A stretch of 32,000 nt of DNA from an uncultured archaeon (GTDB taxonomy: Archaea > Asgardarchaeota > Thorarchaeia > Thorarchaeales > Thorarchaeaceae): assembly GCA_964648855.1 (NCBI GenBank), contig CAZYLT010000012.1, positions 30,001-62,000 of the forward strand. The letters are read 5' to 3'. Positions 1-8,300 of the stretch are shown piece by piece. The position numbers were made by a program, and so were the translations under genes. Below the pieces are notes generated by a model, which saw only the letters and a list, made by a program, of their open reading frames with translations, was not told the origin of the DNA and ran no database searches. The first letter of the stretch is position 1, and each line of letters opens with the position of its first letter.

Positions 1-478
1 TAATGCTGAAGTCATTAAAGTGGACACATCTGAAGAAATGCAGGAAGCAATTCTTGACAAAATAAAGACAAACACGGTTGATGCATTCATCTCTGCGGCT
101 GCAGTGTTGGACTATATACCATCGAGGAAGGAAGACCGGAAACGCCCATCTGGAAAACCCTATACTATTGAGTTAGTACCCACCGCTAAAATAATAGAGG
201 AGGCTCGTAAACTGGAAAGCGACCTTTTCATTGTGGGATTCAAGGTAGAGTCAGGAGTTTCAGATAAGGAACTGGTGGCCAGAGGAAAAGAAAAAATCGA
301 GGCAGGCATTTGTGATATGGTGGTTGCCAACGATGCAGCCCGAGAAGGAGTCGCCTTTGGGACGGATACAAATCAGGTTATCATAATTGGTAAAGAGGAC
401 ATTCAGACGAAGATACCCTTATCATCAAAACGCGAAATAGCAGGCGCTATTGTAGATGCAATGCTTGAACTGCTTTAA
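1..478 (+). CDS. coaBC: Bifunctional phosphopantothenoylcysteine decarboxylase/synthetase, C-terminal CoaB (DFP) domain; 5' end lies outside the window
   Basis: Motifs FISAAAVLDY, K..SG, FIVGFKVES, CDMVVAND, FGTDTNQV and SKREIA match the CoaB/DFP domain. The frame is open from position 2. Confidence 0.9.
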   Translation, partial: NAEVIKVDTSEEMQEAILDKIKTNTVDAFISAAAVLDYIPSRKEDRKRPSGKPYTIELVPTAKIIEEARKLESDLFIVGFKVESGVSDKELVARGKEKIEAGICDMVVANDAAREGVAFGTDTNQVIIIGKEDIQTKIPLSSKREIAGAIVDAMLELL

Positions 479-512
479 ATCCCTTAACCAGTAATGAGGG
501 TCAACGCGCGGT

Positions 513-878
513 CTAAAGTACATCCAATAGTTTGTCTGACATTCTCTTCATGTCAACAAAGATTAAGCCAAGCTGTGCGTCTGCCTTTGCAAGAACCAAT
601 AGAAGGGCACTTTCCCCGACAGAGGTCATTAGTGTGTAGCCTTTGTCACCCTTCACATAAATCTCCAAGAGGTTACCCCTATCTAGCTCATTAGTCGCCT
701 TCTCTCCTAAAGATAGCATTGCGGCACTTATTGCAGCCACTCTCTCCTGCTCACTCTCAGGAAGTGCGGAAGATATCATCAGTCCATCCAGCGACACCAG
801 CGCAGCTCCTTCAACTCCTGGCACTGTTTCAAAATCTTTAATAGCGGCATTTATTTTATCAACACGGCTTGACATCAT
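513..878 (-). CDS. Roadblock/LC7 (MglB-like) protein
   Basis: 121 aa with the roadblock pattern PGVEGAALVSLDGLMISS..ERVAAISAAML.LGEKA..EL..G.L.EIYVKG..G...LGLIFVDMKR. GAGGT SD lies upstream. Confidence 0.93.
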   Translation of the reverse strand: MMSSRVDKINAAIKDFETVPGVEGAALVSLDGLMISSALPESEQERVAAISAAMLSLGEKATNELDRGNLLEIYVKGDKGYTLMTSVGESALLLVLAKADAQLGLIFVDMKRMSDKLLDVL

Positions 879-979
879 ATTACCTCAGTTTTGCCTTATA
901 ACAAGCATTCCGTCTAGTTATCTATTGAATGTTGTTATGCTATTGCACGAATTCTCCCCCAAAATTGCGCATTCTACAT

Positions 980-3900
980 TCATACCCCAAAGAATTCCTT
1001 TGGGTCGAACTTCTCATCTTCTTCCTTTTGCCTACGCTCTTGCTCCTCTTCTTCCTTGTTCAGGCGGTCTTTCTCGTCCCGAGTCAGTTTTCTCCACCCA
1101 TCCGAGCTCTGATCCTTTTTGTATTTCAGAATGGGTTCCCCTTTTCTTCGCTTTCGATACACCCAGATAGCAATCCCTGCCACGATAATTCCAGCAAATG
1201 CAAATATTATGGGCCATGGCAAAGGCCGAATAAACATGAAGTCGAGCATAGTTGCGTCAAGCGTATCCATACCATCTAGCGCGGCATGAATCTGAAAGTC
1301 GTACATACCTGTTCTAGAGGAAGTCCAGTTCTCGCTAAGAATGATTGAGTAATATCCACCACCGGATTCGGTCATTGCTACTGCTGATGAGTTTATCCAG
1401 GATTGCACTTCAGCACCCTCTACTGGGTGTCCTGTTCTGTCAACAAGCTCAATTTCAATAGTCACTCGGTCTCCAGACCAAATTATTTCTTGATTCTTAC
1501 TTATGCTCCCAATCACAATAGATGGTTGCCAATTCCAATTGACTGCGTTTTCGATAATTTGACTTCTTGATGGTCCCTGCTCATCTACAGTAGTTATTGC
1601 GATTTTGCCCAAACCATGCAGTCCAGCCAATATAACCGGATGCATGTCAGCAGTTGCTAATATGGATAAATTGTGAGAATGTTCAGTGAAGACACCTGTG
1701 TACTGGATATCGGTGCCAATCTCATTTGGAATACTTACGAGGGGATGTCCTGCATCATCTATTTCTATCTCTGAGCCACTATTGTCGCTCCCATATGAAG
1801 CAAGACCAGGCAACCAAGGATATTCACCATTGAATCCTAGAACCACGAGTGTTCCACCTCTGCTGACGTAGTCTTTCAGAAGATTAACTCTACTTGAGAA
1901 GAAGCTATCAATGATGTCAAGAACATTGGGCTCGATAATTATGGAGGAGAACAAACCAAAGACGTTCAAAGAATCAGAAAGGTTTGATTCGGTGTAGAAA
2001 CTGTATTCAGTACTAAGAGAATCCAAGACGCTTGGGAGATACGTTGTTGCTCCGATTGCCGCAACAGAGGAAACCCCTTGGCCAGGGACATGGTTGTTGA
2101 ATGTGCTATTTGGGTCGACCGATGGCACCCTGTCAACAAGGTTAGGATTGATTAAGAGAGTTGACGGATCGCCAAAGAGAATTTGCTGATTTGCATAATC
2201 CCTAGGAGTGTAGGACTGAGTGTTAGTATAGTCGTAGGAAACAGCCTTTAAAGCATAGTTGAGAGCAGCTCCTGTCGAATTACCGCTTGCAAGAGCCTGT
2301 GTGAAATATATGGTAAGAAGACCAGCAGGCTGGAAATATACAGTTCGAGGGGCGGCTATCACTGCGACTGCACCACGTTCCATAAGAACTCGTGGGAATT
2401 TTGTCCCACCCAGAAGGCAGGCAGTGGTTGTAATAATGGGAGAGCCCAAATAACCCACAGAAGCCAGCAAATCATCAGTAGTTCGTGTGATATGATGAGC
2501 ATTCTCTGGGCTATGGACAACGGGATTGACTAGATTATCATCAACAGTAGTTTCGGAGAGGCTGACTTCGAACCCATATGGTGCATCCTCGTCGCGAAGT
2601 GAGAATACACCTACACCATTAGGTCGCTGTGGAGGGTCGTTGGGGTATTGACTCAGTGTCCCGTGAGTACTGAAAGACCATAGAGAAACCTGTGAGTTGA
2701 GAGAGGTGAACACCTCGTTTACTCCAATGTGGGAATCGATGCTGAATCCTGCAGATGACAATTCGCTTTCGATATCGTCATACTGACGTATCTCTACTAT
2801 GTTACCAAAATTATCGAGATAATTCTCTCCATCAGTGTAGGCATACATTGAAAGCAGAGATGTGTCTGCTGATTGTGCAGTTCTGAAAATGAACGAGTGA
2901 AGTGTAGCCTTATTGACCATAAAAGCAGCTGTTTGAGGAGTCCCAGCGGGAATACGCCCAGGCATGAAGTGGCTCTGAAGTGACCTGTCAAAACTCGGTT
3001 TTATCGCGTCAGTACCAGACAGAATTATGACATTTTGTTTGTCTGATTCATTATATGCACCACGTTGCGTGAGAAAGGCTTCAAAGGAATCAGCTGACTT
3101 GTACATTGAATAGATGTTCGGTATCCGCTCATCATACCAGCCGTTTTCGATACGTTCTTCGAATCCTCTCGTCACGAAGATGTCTATATTGGGGCCTATC
3201 AAGTAGGGTGCCCAAGTTTCTTCTGCACGGGTAGTCATAGAATTGTCATCTCCACCCAAAGAGAATACAGGTGCCCCATGAAATGCTCCAGATAAAGAAG
3301 CTGCAGGAAATACTTCTCTCTTATTGGCAAGTGGAAGTGTCAAAATGACATCATGGCATCTTGATAGGCTAGAGATCATGTCAGACACAGCTGGATAGGT
3401 ATTGAGATTCGTCAACATGGCGATATCAGTGATATCAGTTGACAACGTCCCGGACTGCAGACCGGCAGGATCAACAAGAATAGCATTGGTTACGCCTAAG
3501 CGATTTAGGGCCCATTGCGTAACGGTGGGGAGTGAATCCGAGTTTGCATATAACAAAGGTGCATTCAAGAGTGAAGCAAGCGTTGCGCCGTTTGATGCAG
3601 ATTCAAGATATCCTTCAATTCCCGTAGGTAGAATGCTGATAGCCCAATTGACATCAAGAGCATTGGTTTCATCAATAGGGTCCATCCAAGCACAGATGAG
3701 TTTCCAATCTCCTTGCATGGGGAAGGGCATTTGGAGACTCTTCCCTCCAGCGCCTGATAGCAGACTCTCAGATGGTTCCCATTGTACCATTCGACCGGTT
3801 GGGTCAATAAGTGCCATGTTTACAGTAGTACCAGCATTATTCCAGTCTGCAGTTATATTGAGCCAGTTTGTATTCGCCGGGACCGATATTGTTTGTTGGA

Positions 3901-4840
3901 AGCTGGGATAATAGGTGATGGTCATGTCGATAGGCAGGGGGTCTATCAATGTACCACCGGGCTCAATTCTCACTTCCCATGTGCCGTCCATGGTTTTGGG
4001 AATCCAGAAATGGGTGGGCACCAAATTATCTACATAGGCGCTATTTCGTTTGAAGAACGCCTGTTTGTAAACAGAATAATCAACAATTCTTCCTGCTGGA
4101 TCTCTGATTTGATGAAGTAGAGGGTCACTCGTAGTCCAATTAAAGACGCCGTATATCCAGCCAGCATCTTCTGGAGGATCAAAGTTGACTACAATAGGTG
4201 AGTCAATAGGAAGTGTTGTCTCGGGACTCTCAGTTTCTAATTGAACGTTCTCGAATACGTAAGATGAAGAGTCAGTTTGAATAGTCGGAGAGTCGAACCT
4301 GTCCTTCGCCAAAGCAATAACGGCAATGTCGGATTCGTCCCAGTCGTTAGCTGCGAGCTTGGCAGCTATCTCGTGGGATGTCTGCCCTGAAACTTGTGGA
4401 TACACACGAGCGCCCATCTGTTGTTGGAGCTCGAAAATTCTTGCTGGAGACGTATCTCCGATAGATATCGCCTGAGATATGCCTCCATCCGGTTGCAAAT
4501 ATTCTATCCAGTCATCTAGAAGATTATCTTGTTGAGCAGCGCCATCAGAATATAGTAAGGGGGACACATATTTTGTTCCAGAATCGTAGAAAATAGACAT
4601 AGGAACTGCTGCCATGTAAGCAAATTCATCCAAATAGGATTCGGAATCAGCAGCAACAAAAATGGCTCTCCGCATCGGGATTGAACTGCCATTTGCTGCA
4701 AGACTAGCACTAGTAGCGGAATTACGTGTTACATATTCATCTGATTGATTTGTATTGAACTGAACAAGGATAGGTAGAAAGGCAGGAGCAATAATAAGCA
4801 TAGAAATTAATGGAACGATGATTTTCTTATTGATGAACAT
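980..4840 (-). CDS. Large single-pass surface protein with cell-wall-binding-2-like segments, beta-sandwich/PPC-like domains, a C25 (gingipain-like, clan CD) cysteine peptidase domain, a C-terminal TM helix and a charged cytoplasmic tail
   Basis: N-terminal signal/anchor (KKIIVPLISMLIIAPAFLPIL). ASNGATLASLLNAPLLY resembles CW_binding_2. WSFSTHG, ITTTACLLG and ILFGDPS match the C25 pattern. TM WPIIFAFAGIIVAGIAIWVY is followed by RKRRK. Confidence 0.65.
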   Translation of the reverse strand: MFINKKIIVPLISMLIIAPAFLPILVQFNTNQSDEYVTRNSATSASLAANGSSIPMRRAIFVAADSESYLDEFAYMAAVPMSIFYDSGTKYVSPLLYSDGAAQQDNLLDDWIEYLQPDGGISQAISIGDTSPARIFELQQQMGARVYPQVSGQTSHEIAAKLAANDWDESDIAVIALAKDRFDSPTIQTDSSSYVFENVQLETESPETTLPIDSPIVVNFDPPEDAGWIYGVFNWTTSDPLLHQIRDPAGRIVDYSVYKQAFFKRNSAYVDNLVPTHFWIPKTMDGTWEVRIEPGGTLIDPLPIDMTITYYPSFQQTISVPANTNWLNITADWNNAGTTVNMALIDPTGRMVQWEPSESLLSGAGGKSLQMPFPMQGDWKLICAWMDPIDETNALDVNWAISILPTGIEGYLESASNGATLASLLNAPLLYANSDSLPTVTQWALNRLGVTNAILVDPAGLQSGTLSTDITDIAMLTNLNTYPAVSDMISSLSRCHDVILTLPLANKREVFPAASLSGAFHGAPVFSLGGDDNSMTTRAEETWAPYLIGPNIDIFVTRGFEERIENGWYDERIPNIYSMYKSADSFEAFLTQRGAYNESDKQNVIILSGTDAIKPSFDRSLQSHFMPGRIPAGTPQTAAFMVNKATLHSFIFRTAQSADTSLLSMYAYTDGENYLDNFGNIVEIRQYDDIESELSSAGFSIDSHIGVNEVFTSLNSQVSLWSFSTHGTLSQYPNDPPQRPNGVGVFSLRDEDAPYGFEVSLSETTVDDNLVNPVVHSPENAHHITRTTDDLLASVGYLGSPIITTTACLLGGTKFPRVLMERGAVAVIAAPRTVYFQPAGLLTIYFTQALASGNSTGAALNYALKAVSYDYTNTQSYTPRDYANQQILFGDPSTLLINPNLVDRVPSVDPNSTFNNHVPGQGVSSVAAIGATTYLPSVLDSLSTEYSFYTESNLSDSLNVFGLFSSIIIEPNVLDIIDSFFSSRVNLLKDYVSRGGTLVVLGFNGEYPWLPGLASYGSDNSGSEIEIDDAGHPLVSIPNEIGTDIQYTGVFTEHSHNLSILATADMHPVILAGLHGLGKIAITTVDEQGPSRSQIIENAVNWNWQPSIVIGSISKNQEIIWSGDRVTIEIELVDRTGHPVEGAEVQSWINSSAVAMTESGGGYYSIILSENWTSSRTGMYDFQIHAALDGMDTLDATMLDFMFIRPLPWPIIFAFAGIIVAGIAIWVYRKRRKGEPILKYKKDQSSDGWRKLTRDEKDRLNKEEEEQERRQKEEDEKFDPKEFFGV

Positions 4841-4954
4841 CCGCCAGCCTAGCTCCTGTGTAAAGAAAGCCCGTATGGTAAATAGGGTTTTCTAGTGGGA
4901 CATCAATGTTAGAATAGACATTGGTATAAACATGGAGCATTTTGGTAATGACGA

Positions 4955-5809
4955 CTACAAATCGAGGAGATCCTCGTCAAAGTCATCATCATCGTCATCT
5001 TCAATGTCTTCAGGAAGAGTATCCCGTACCGCATCGCAGCGTTTCCTAAGACGTCGTCGAGTAGACTTGGGTATATCCCACATTTTTGCTTCTGCTCGCT
5101 CTACAACTTCTAGAGATATGTCGTAGATTTCTGCTTCAAGATAGCATTCCGCAGCCTCTGTGAAATATTCCGCGGCTTTCTTCTGATTGTTGTTTATCTC
5201 CGCTATATCACCGAGAAGGGACAAGGCATCAGCAATTCCGCCTTTGTCATCAAGCTCCTTATAGATTTTGAGAGCCTTTTTGAATGTCTTTTCTGCCTTA
5301 GTCCAGTCTTCCTTATCGGCATATGCATTACCCATGTCCATTATCACACTTGCTTGACCCTGTTCATTATCGGCACTCCTGTAGGCCTTTTGGGCTTGCT
5401 TGAAGAAGTCCATTGCAGTATCAAATTCGCCTTTACCAAGTTTAGCCAAAGCAAGAGCGTATGTACCATCTGCTACACCTTCTTCGTTTGATGCCTTCTC
5501 AAACATTTCTATAGAAGACTGGAGCATTTCGTCTGCCTCAATCCAATTCTCCAGATTGATATGTGCAACTCCAAGATTGTAATATGTATCAGCAATCCCC
5601 GTTTCTTCTTTCAGCTCCTGATAGAGCTCTAGGGATTTCTCAAATGAGTCGAGAGCCTCGTCAAATTCAGCAACAGACATGAAGATGTTTCCGGCTGCAT
5701 TGTATATCTTAGCAGCTATCTCACTCTCACCAACATCCAAAGCCTCTGCTGCCTGTTCTAAAAGTTCTGCTGGATCTAAATCGTCCATTGTATCTTCTTC
5801 ATCATTCAT
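4955..5809 (-). CDS. Tetratricopeptide-repeat protein (~40-aa TPR-like repeats) with acidic termini
   Basis: Repeated A..Y.N.G....A...F.KSL..Y.EL....G.A pattern. ATG at 5809 follows AGGGTG; GTG at 5818 is the alternative start. Confidence 0.85.
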   Translation of the reverse strand: MNDEEDTMDDLDPAELLEQAAEALDVGESEIAAKIYNAAGNIFMSVAEFDEALDSFEKSLELYQELKEETGIADTYYNLGVAHINLENWIEADEMLQSSIEMFEKASNEEGVADGTYALALAKLGKGEFDTAMDFFKQAQKAYRSADNEQGQASVIMDMGNAYADKEDWTKAEKTFKKALKIYKELDDKGGIADALSLLGDIAEINNNQKKAAEYFTEAAECYLEAEIYDISLEVVERAEAKMWDIPKSTRRRLRKRCDAVRDTLPEDIEDDDDDDFDEDLLDL

Positions 5810-5876
5810 GGAATGCACCCTTCTTCAGTCAGATTGGAGAAAGCGTAAGCTGCTTTTGATTCTTTCTGATTGTGAT

Positions 5877-6593
5877 TCAGCGACGCATCATCAATACAGG
5901 GTTCTCTAGTAGAGGCTTTACATTCTCATTTGCATGAAATTGTTCGTCTCCGACCTGTAGAGTTAGCAATTTTCGGAGTTCAAATCGACGTAGGTGGCCT
6001 ATGGCACGTTCTCTCTCAATATTCAAATCCCTTACGATTTTGTCCAGTCCCTTCTTATCACCGCTATACTCCGCGATTTTGCTAAAGACTGAGCTCCATT
6101 GCATCATGGAGAGATAAAGAAGCGTTCGCAACATACTATCTACATTCTTGCCCGTCTTCGCTGACACAGGAATCACTGGAAGACCTGCCAAAAAACTCAT
6201 ACTTTCCCGTAACTGATCGACAGGTCGTGCATCATCCAAATCCTGTTTGTTTGCTGCCACAACACATGGCACTCCTGGCAAGAAAAAGGCTATTTCACGG
6301 AAAAAAAGCTTCGCCCGTGCATCAGATTCTGGATTCACCGAATCAACAACAAAGATGATACCGTCTGCACCCGAGCTCAGAATCTTCCGCATTGTCCTAA
6401 ATCTGAGCAGACCTGGGGTCCCGAACAAGAAAACACTCATTCCATCGACGTTTGCGACACCATGGTCCATAGCAATTGTCGTACCACGTCGTTCTACATT
6501 AATGCAAGCACCGTCAGTAATGTGATGAATCATCAAACTCTTTCCAGACTCGTAGGGCCCTGTTACTACTATCTTCATCGGATTATCTCTCAT
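5877..6593 (-). CDS. Small P-loop GTPase of MglA/conservon (ATP_bind_1-like) type with a C-terminal helical/wHTH-like extension
   Basis: G1 GPYESGKS, G2 GTTIAMDHG, G3 FGTPG, G4 NKQD, G5 SAK, then ~75 extra residues. Confidence 0.88.
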   Translation of the reverse strand: MRDNPMKIVVTGPYESGKSLMIHHITDGACINVERRGTTIAMDHGVANVDGMSVFLFGTPGLLRFRTMRKILSSGADGIIFVVDSVNPESDARAKLFFREIAFFLPGVPCVVAANKQDLDDARPVDQLRESMSFLAGLPVIPVSAKTGKNVDSMLRTLLYLSMMQWSSVFSKIAEYSGDKKGLDKIVRDLNIERERAIGHLRRFELRKLLTLQVGDEQFHANENVKPLLENPVLMMRR

Positions 6594-6800
6594 CCTTTAA
6601 TGTTCGACCATGGAAGAACACTCGAAAAATAGAGCACTCGAGGTTCTTCGCTTGTATGTATAGCACTGATTGCATAATGATGTGATAAATTGTTTGCCTA
6701 TCTACAGTGAATTCCATTCTAATTCCAATTTCACCCAATGTCGAAAACAGTCTAGCGATTCGTCGAATGACGTATTTTACCGATTAATTAATAACATGAA

Positions 6801-6998
6801 ATGAGAATACCATTGCGTCGGAGTGATTCCATAGTGTCCCAAACAAAAAAAGTTACTACTAACGAGTTTTGGTTATTCCATGATGCAGAAGAAGCAGAGG
6901 TAACCGAGCTGCGAAAGTTCATCCCCCCCGAACTGGATCTTGAGCCTGTCAAAGGAATTGACAAGCTATTTACTAAGCTCAATCATCTAATGGAATGA
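6801..6998 (+). CDS. Possible small hypothetical protein (65 aa)
   Basis: Longest ORF in a ~500-nt gap, with protein-like composition but no recognisable motif or SD. Confidence 0.3.
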   Translation: MRIPLRRSDSIVSQTKKVTTNEFWLFHDAEEAEVTELRKFIPPELDLEPVKGIDKLFTKLNHLME

Positions 6999-7053
6999 AA
7001 AACTACAGCTGGCAAGAAAACTAGGCTATATTTCTCTATTATAGAATGAGACT

Positions 7054-7070
7054 GGCCGTTTGCTACGGCC
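7054..7070 (-). terminator. GC-rich hairpin just downstream of the selD SECIS candidate (3' end or stability element)
   Basis: Minus strand GGCCGT-AGCAA-ACGGCC forms a perfect 6-bp stem. Confidence 0.4.
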
Positions 7071-7116
7071 CTCCTCCGCTATCACTCCATTCTGGTTTTT
7101 GATAGCATCACGGGAA
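7069..7116 (-). promoter_or_regulatory. Candidate eukaryote-like (form 2) SECIS element of selD, overlapping the stop codon
   Basis: mRNA reads UUCCC-G-UGAU-GCUAUCA-AAAA-CCA-GAA-UGG-AG-UGAUAGC-GGAG-GAGG. This gives a UGAN/NGAN tandem G.A core, a 7-bp helix, an unpaired A run and a 3-bp apical minihelix. Confidence 0.7.
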
Positions 7117-8151
7117 CACAGTCTCAATAAACTGTACGTCCTCAGCTAGTCTTGATGAGGGCGTGTCCATGGATTTGCAAACATGTCCAACAGACCAACA
7201 AGGGAGTCCCGAGTCCTGCAGCAAGGAAGAAAACTCCTCTACTTTTTCGGAATCGAGAAAGACTAGCATTCCACCAGCAGTTTCTGCTCCGAATCCGGTA
7301 GACACCTTATGACCAAAGTATTCGGCCAAGGGCAGGATACCTCGAATCACCGGGAGTGACTCGAATACGATATCTACTCCACTCAGAGTCGCAACATTCT
7401 CGGCGTGACCGAGAAGACCGAAACCCGTAATATCGGTAGCCGCATGAGCACCAACTTGTTGCATTGCCTTCGCAACCTCAAGATTACTTTGAGTCATTAT
7501 ACGAGTGGCAACATTCTGCATTTCTTCAAGCTCTTGCTCAGTGAACCTTTCCAAGAGTGCATCACGCTTCTCGTCTTTGAGGTCTCGATACGACCTCATT
7601 GCGGGTTGAATGCCTAGGGGCTTTGTTAGAAGAACAGAATCCCCGGGTCGTGCACCAGAGGAGTATATCACATCATCGGGATGCGCTACACCAGTACAAA
7701 TACCACCAAATACGGGGCAAGGATTAGTGATTGTCTGACCACCAGTTACGTCTGAGCCGAGGTCTTTCATGAAGTGACTCATGCCCTTCAGTACACCCGC
7801 AGCGATATCATCAGACATCTCTGCTGGATACGCTAGGAATGCTTGAAGGGATAGTATCCGTTGAACGCCCATTGCGAAGACATCGTTGGTAGCATTGCAT
7901 GCGACGATTTCCCCTTGAGTAAAAGGATCGTCGGTTATTGGAGTAAACACATCCACATTCTCAACGATAGCAATGTCATCACTTGCCACCTTGACAACGG
8001 CATCGTCACCAAGTAAGTCTCTACACGACGTGTCAAACGGAAGAAGACCGGCCTTCTGCAGCAGTGCCGTTAAATCCTTCTTCTTGATCTTACAGCTTCA
8101 TCCATGTGTTGTAACCATTGCAGTCAATCGCACTTCTGGCACTTGATACAT
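7108..8151 (-). CDS. selD: Selenide, water dikinase (selenophosphate synthetase); selenoprotein with Sec at codon 18 (UGA at 8098-8100); 347 aa
   Basis: GGAGG SD precedes ATG 8151. MYQVPEVRLTAMVTTHG-UGA-SCKIKKKDL...GDDAVVKV continues without another stop into the 7108..7989 ORF, which has DVFTPI.DDP, NATNDVFAMG, GGQT, LTKPLG, TDITGFGLLGH and ETAGG. RLT.....G-U/C-x-C-K is the SelD active-site motif. Confidence 0.95.
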
Positions 8152-8300
8152 CAACCTCCATTCTTCTTTGGGAATAGTCCCTGTTAGAAGGGACTGTAAA
8201 CCCACTAATAGAATTTTGTTATTCAGAGTAGCTGACACTTCACAACCCTTATAGCCCGCATAACGTAGATAACAATGATTGCAACCCGGAGAGGTCATTA

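Noticed and set aside
4955-4995. DxxLL acidic-dileucine sorting motif at the TPR C-terminus (DEDLLDL)
   Set aside because: The protein is soluble and the tail is low-complexity acidic, so a chance match is likely.
7063-7110. Sec readthrough of the selD terminal UGA adding UCYQKPEWSDSGGGP
   Set aside because: SelD homology is complete at the stop, and the downstream sequence is better explained as the SECIS hairpin.
8098-8298. 66-aa ORF as an independent gene
   Set aside because: Its last 17 codons are the selD N-terminus; the rest is promoter spacer.
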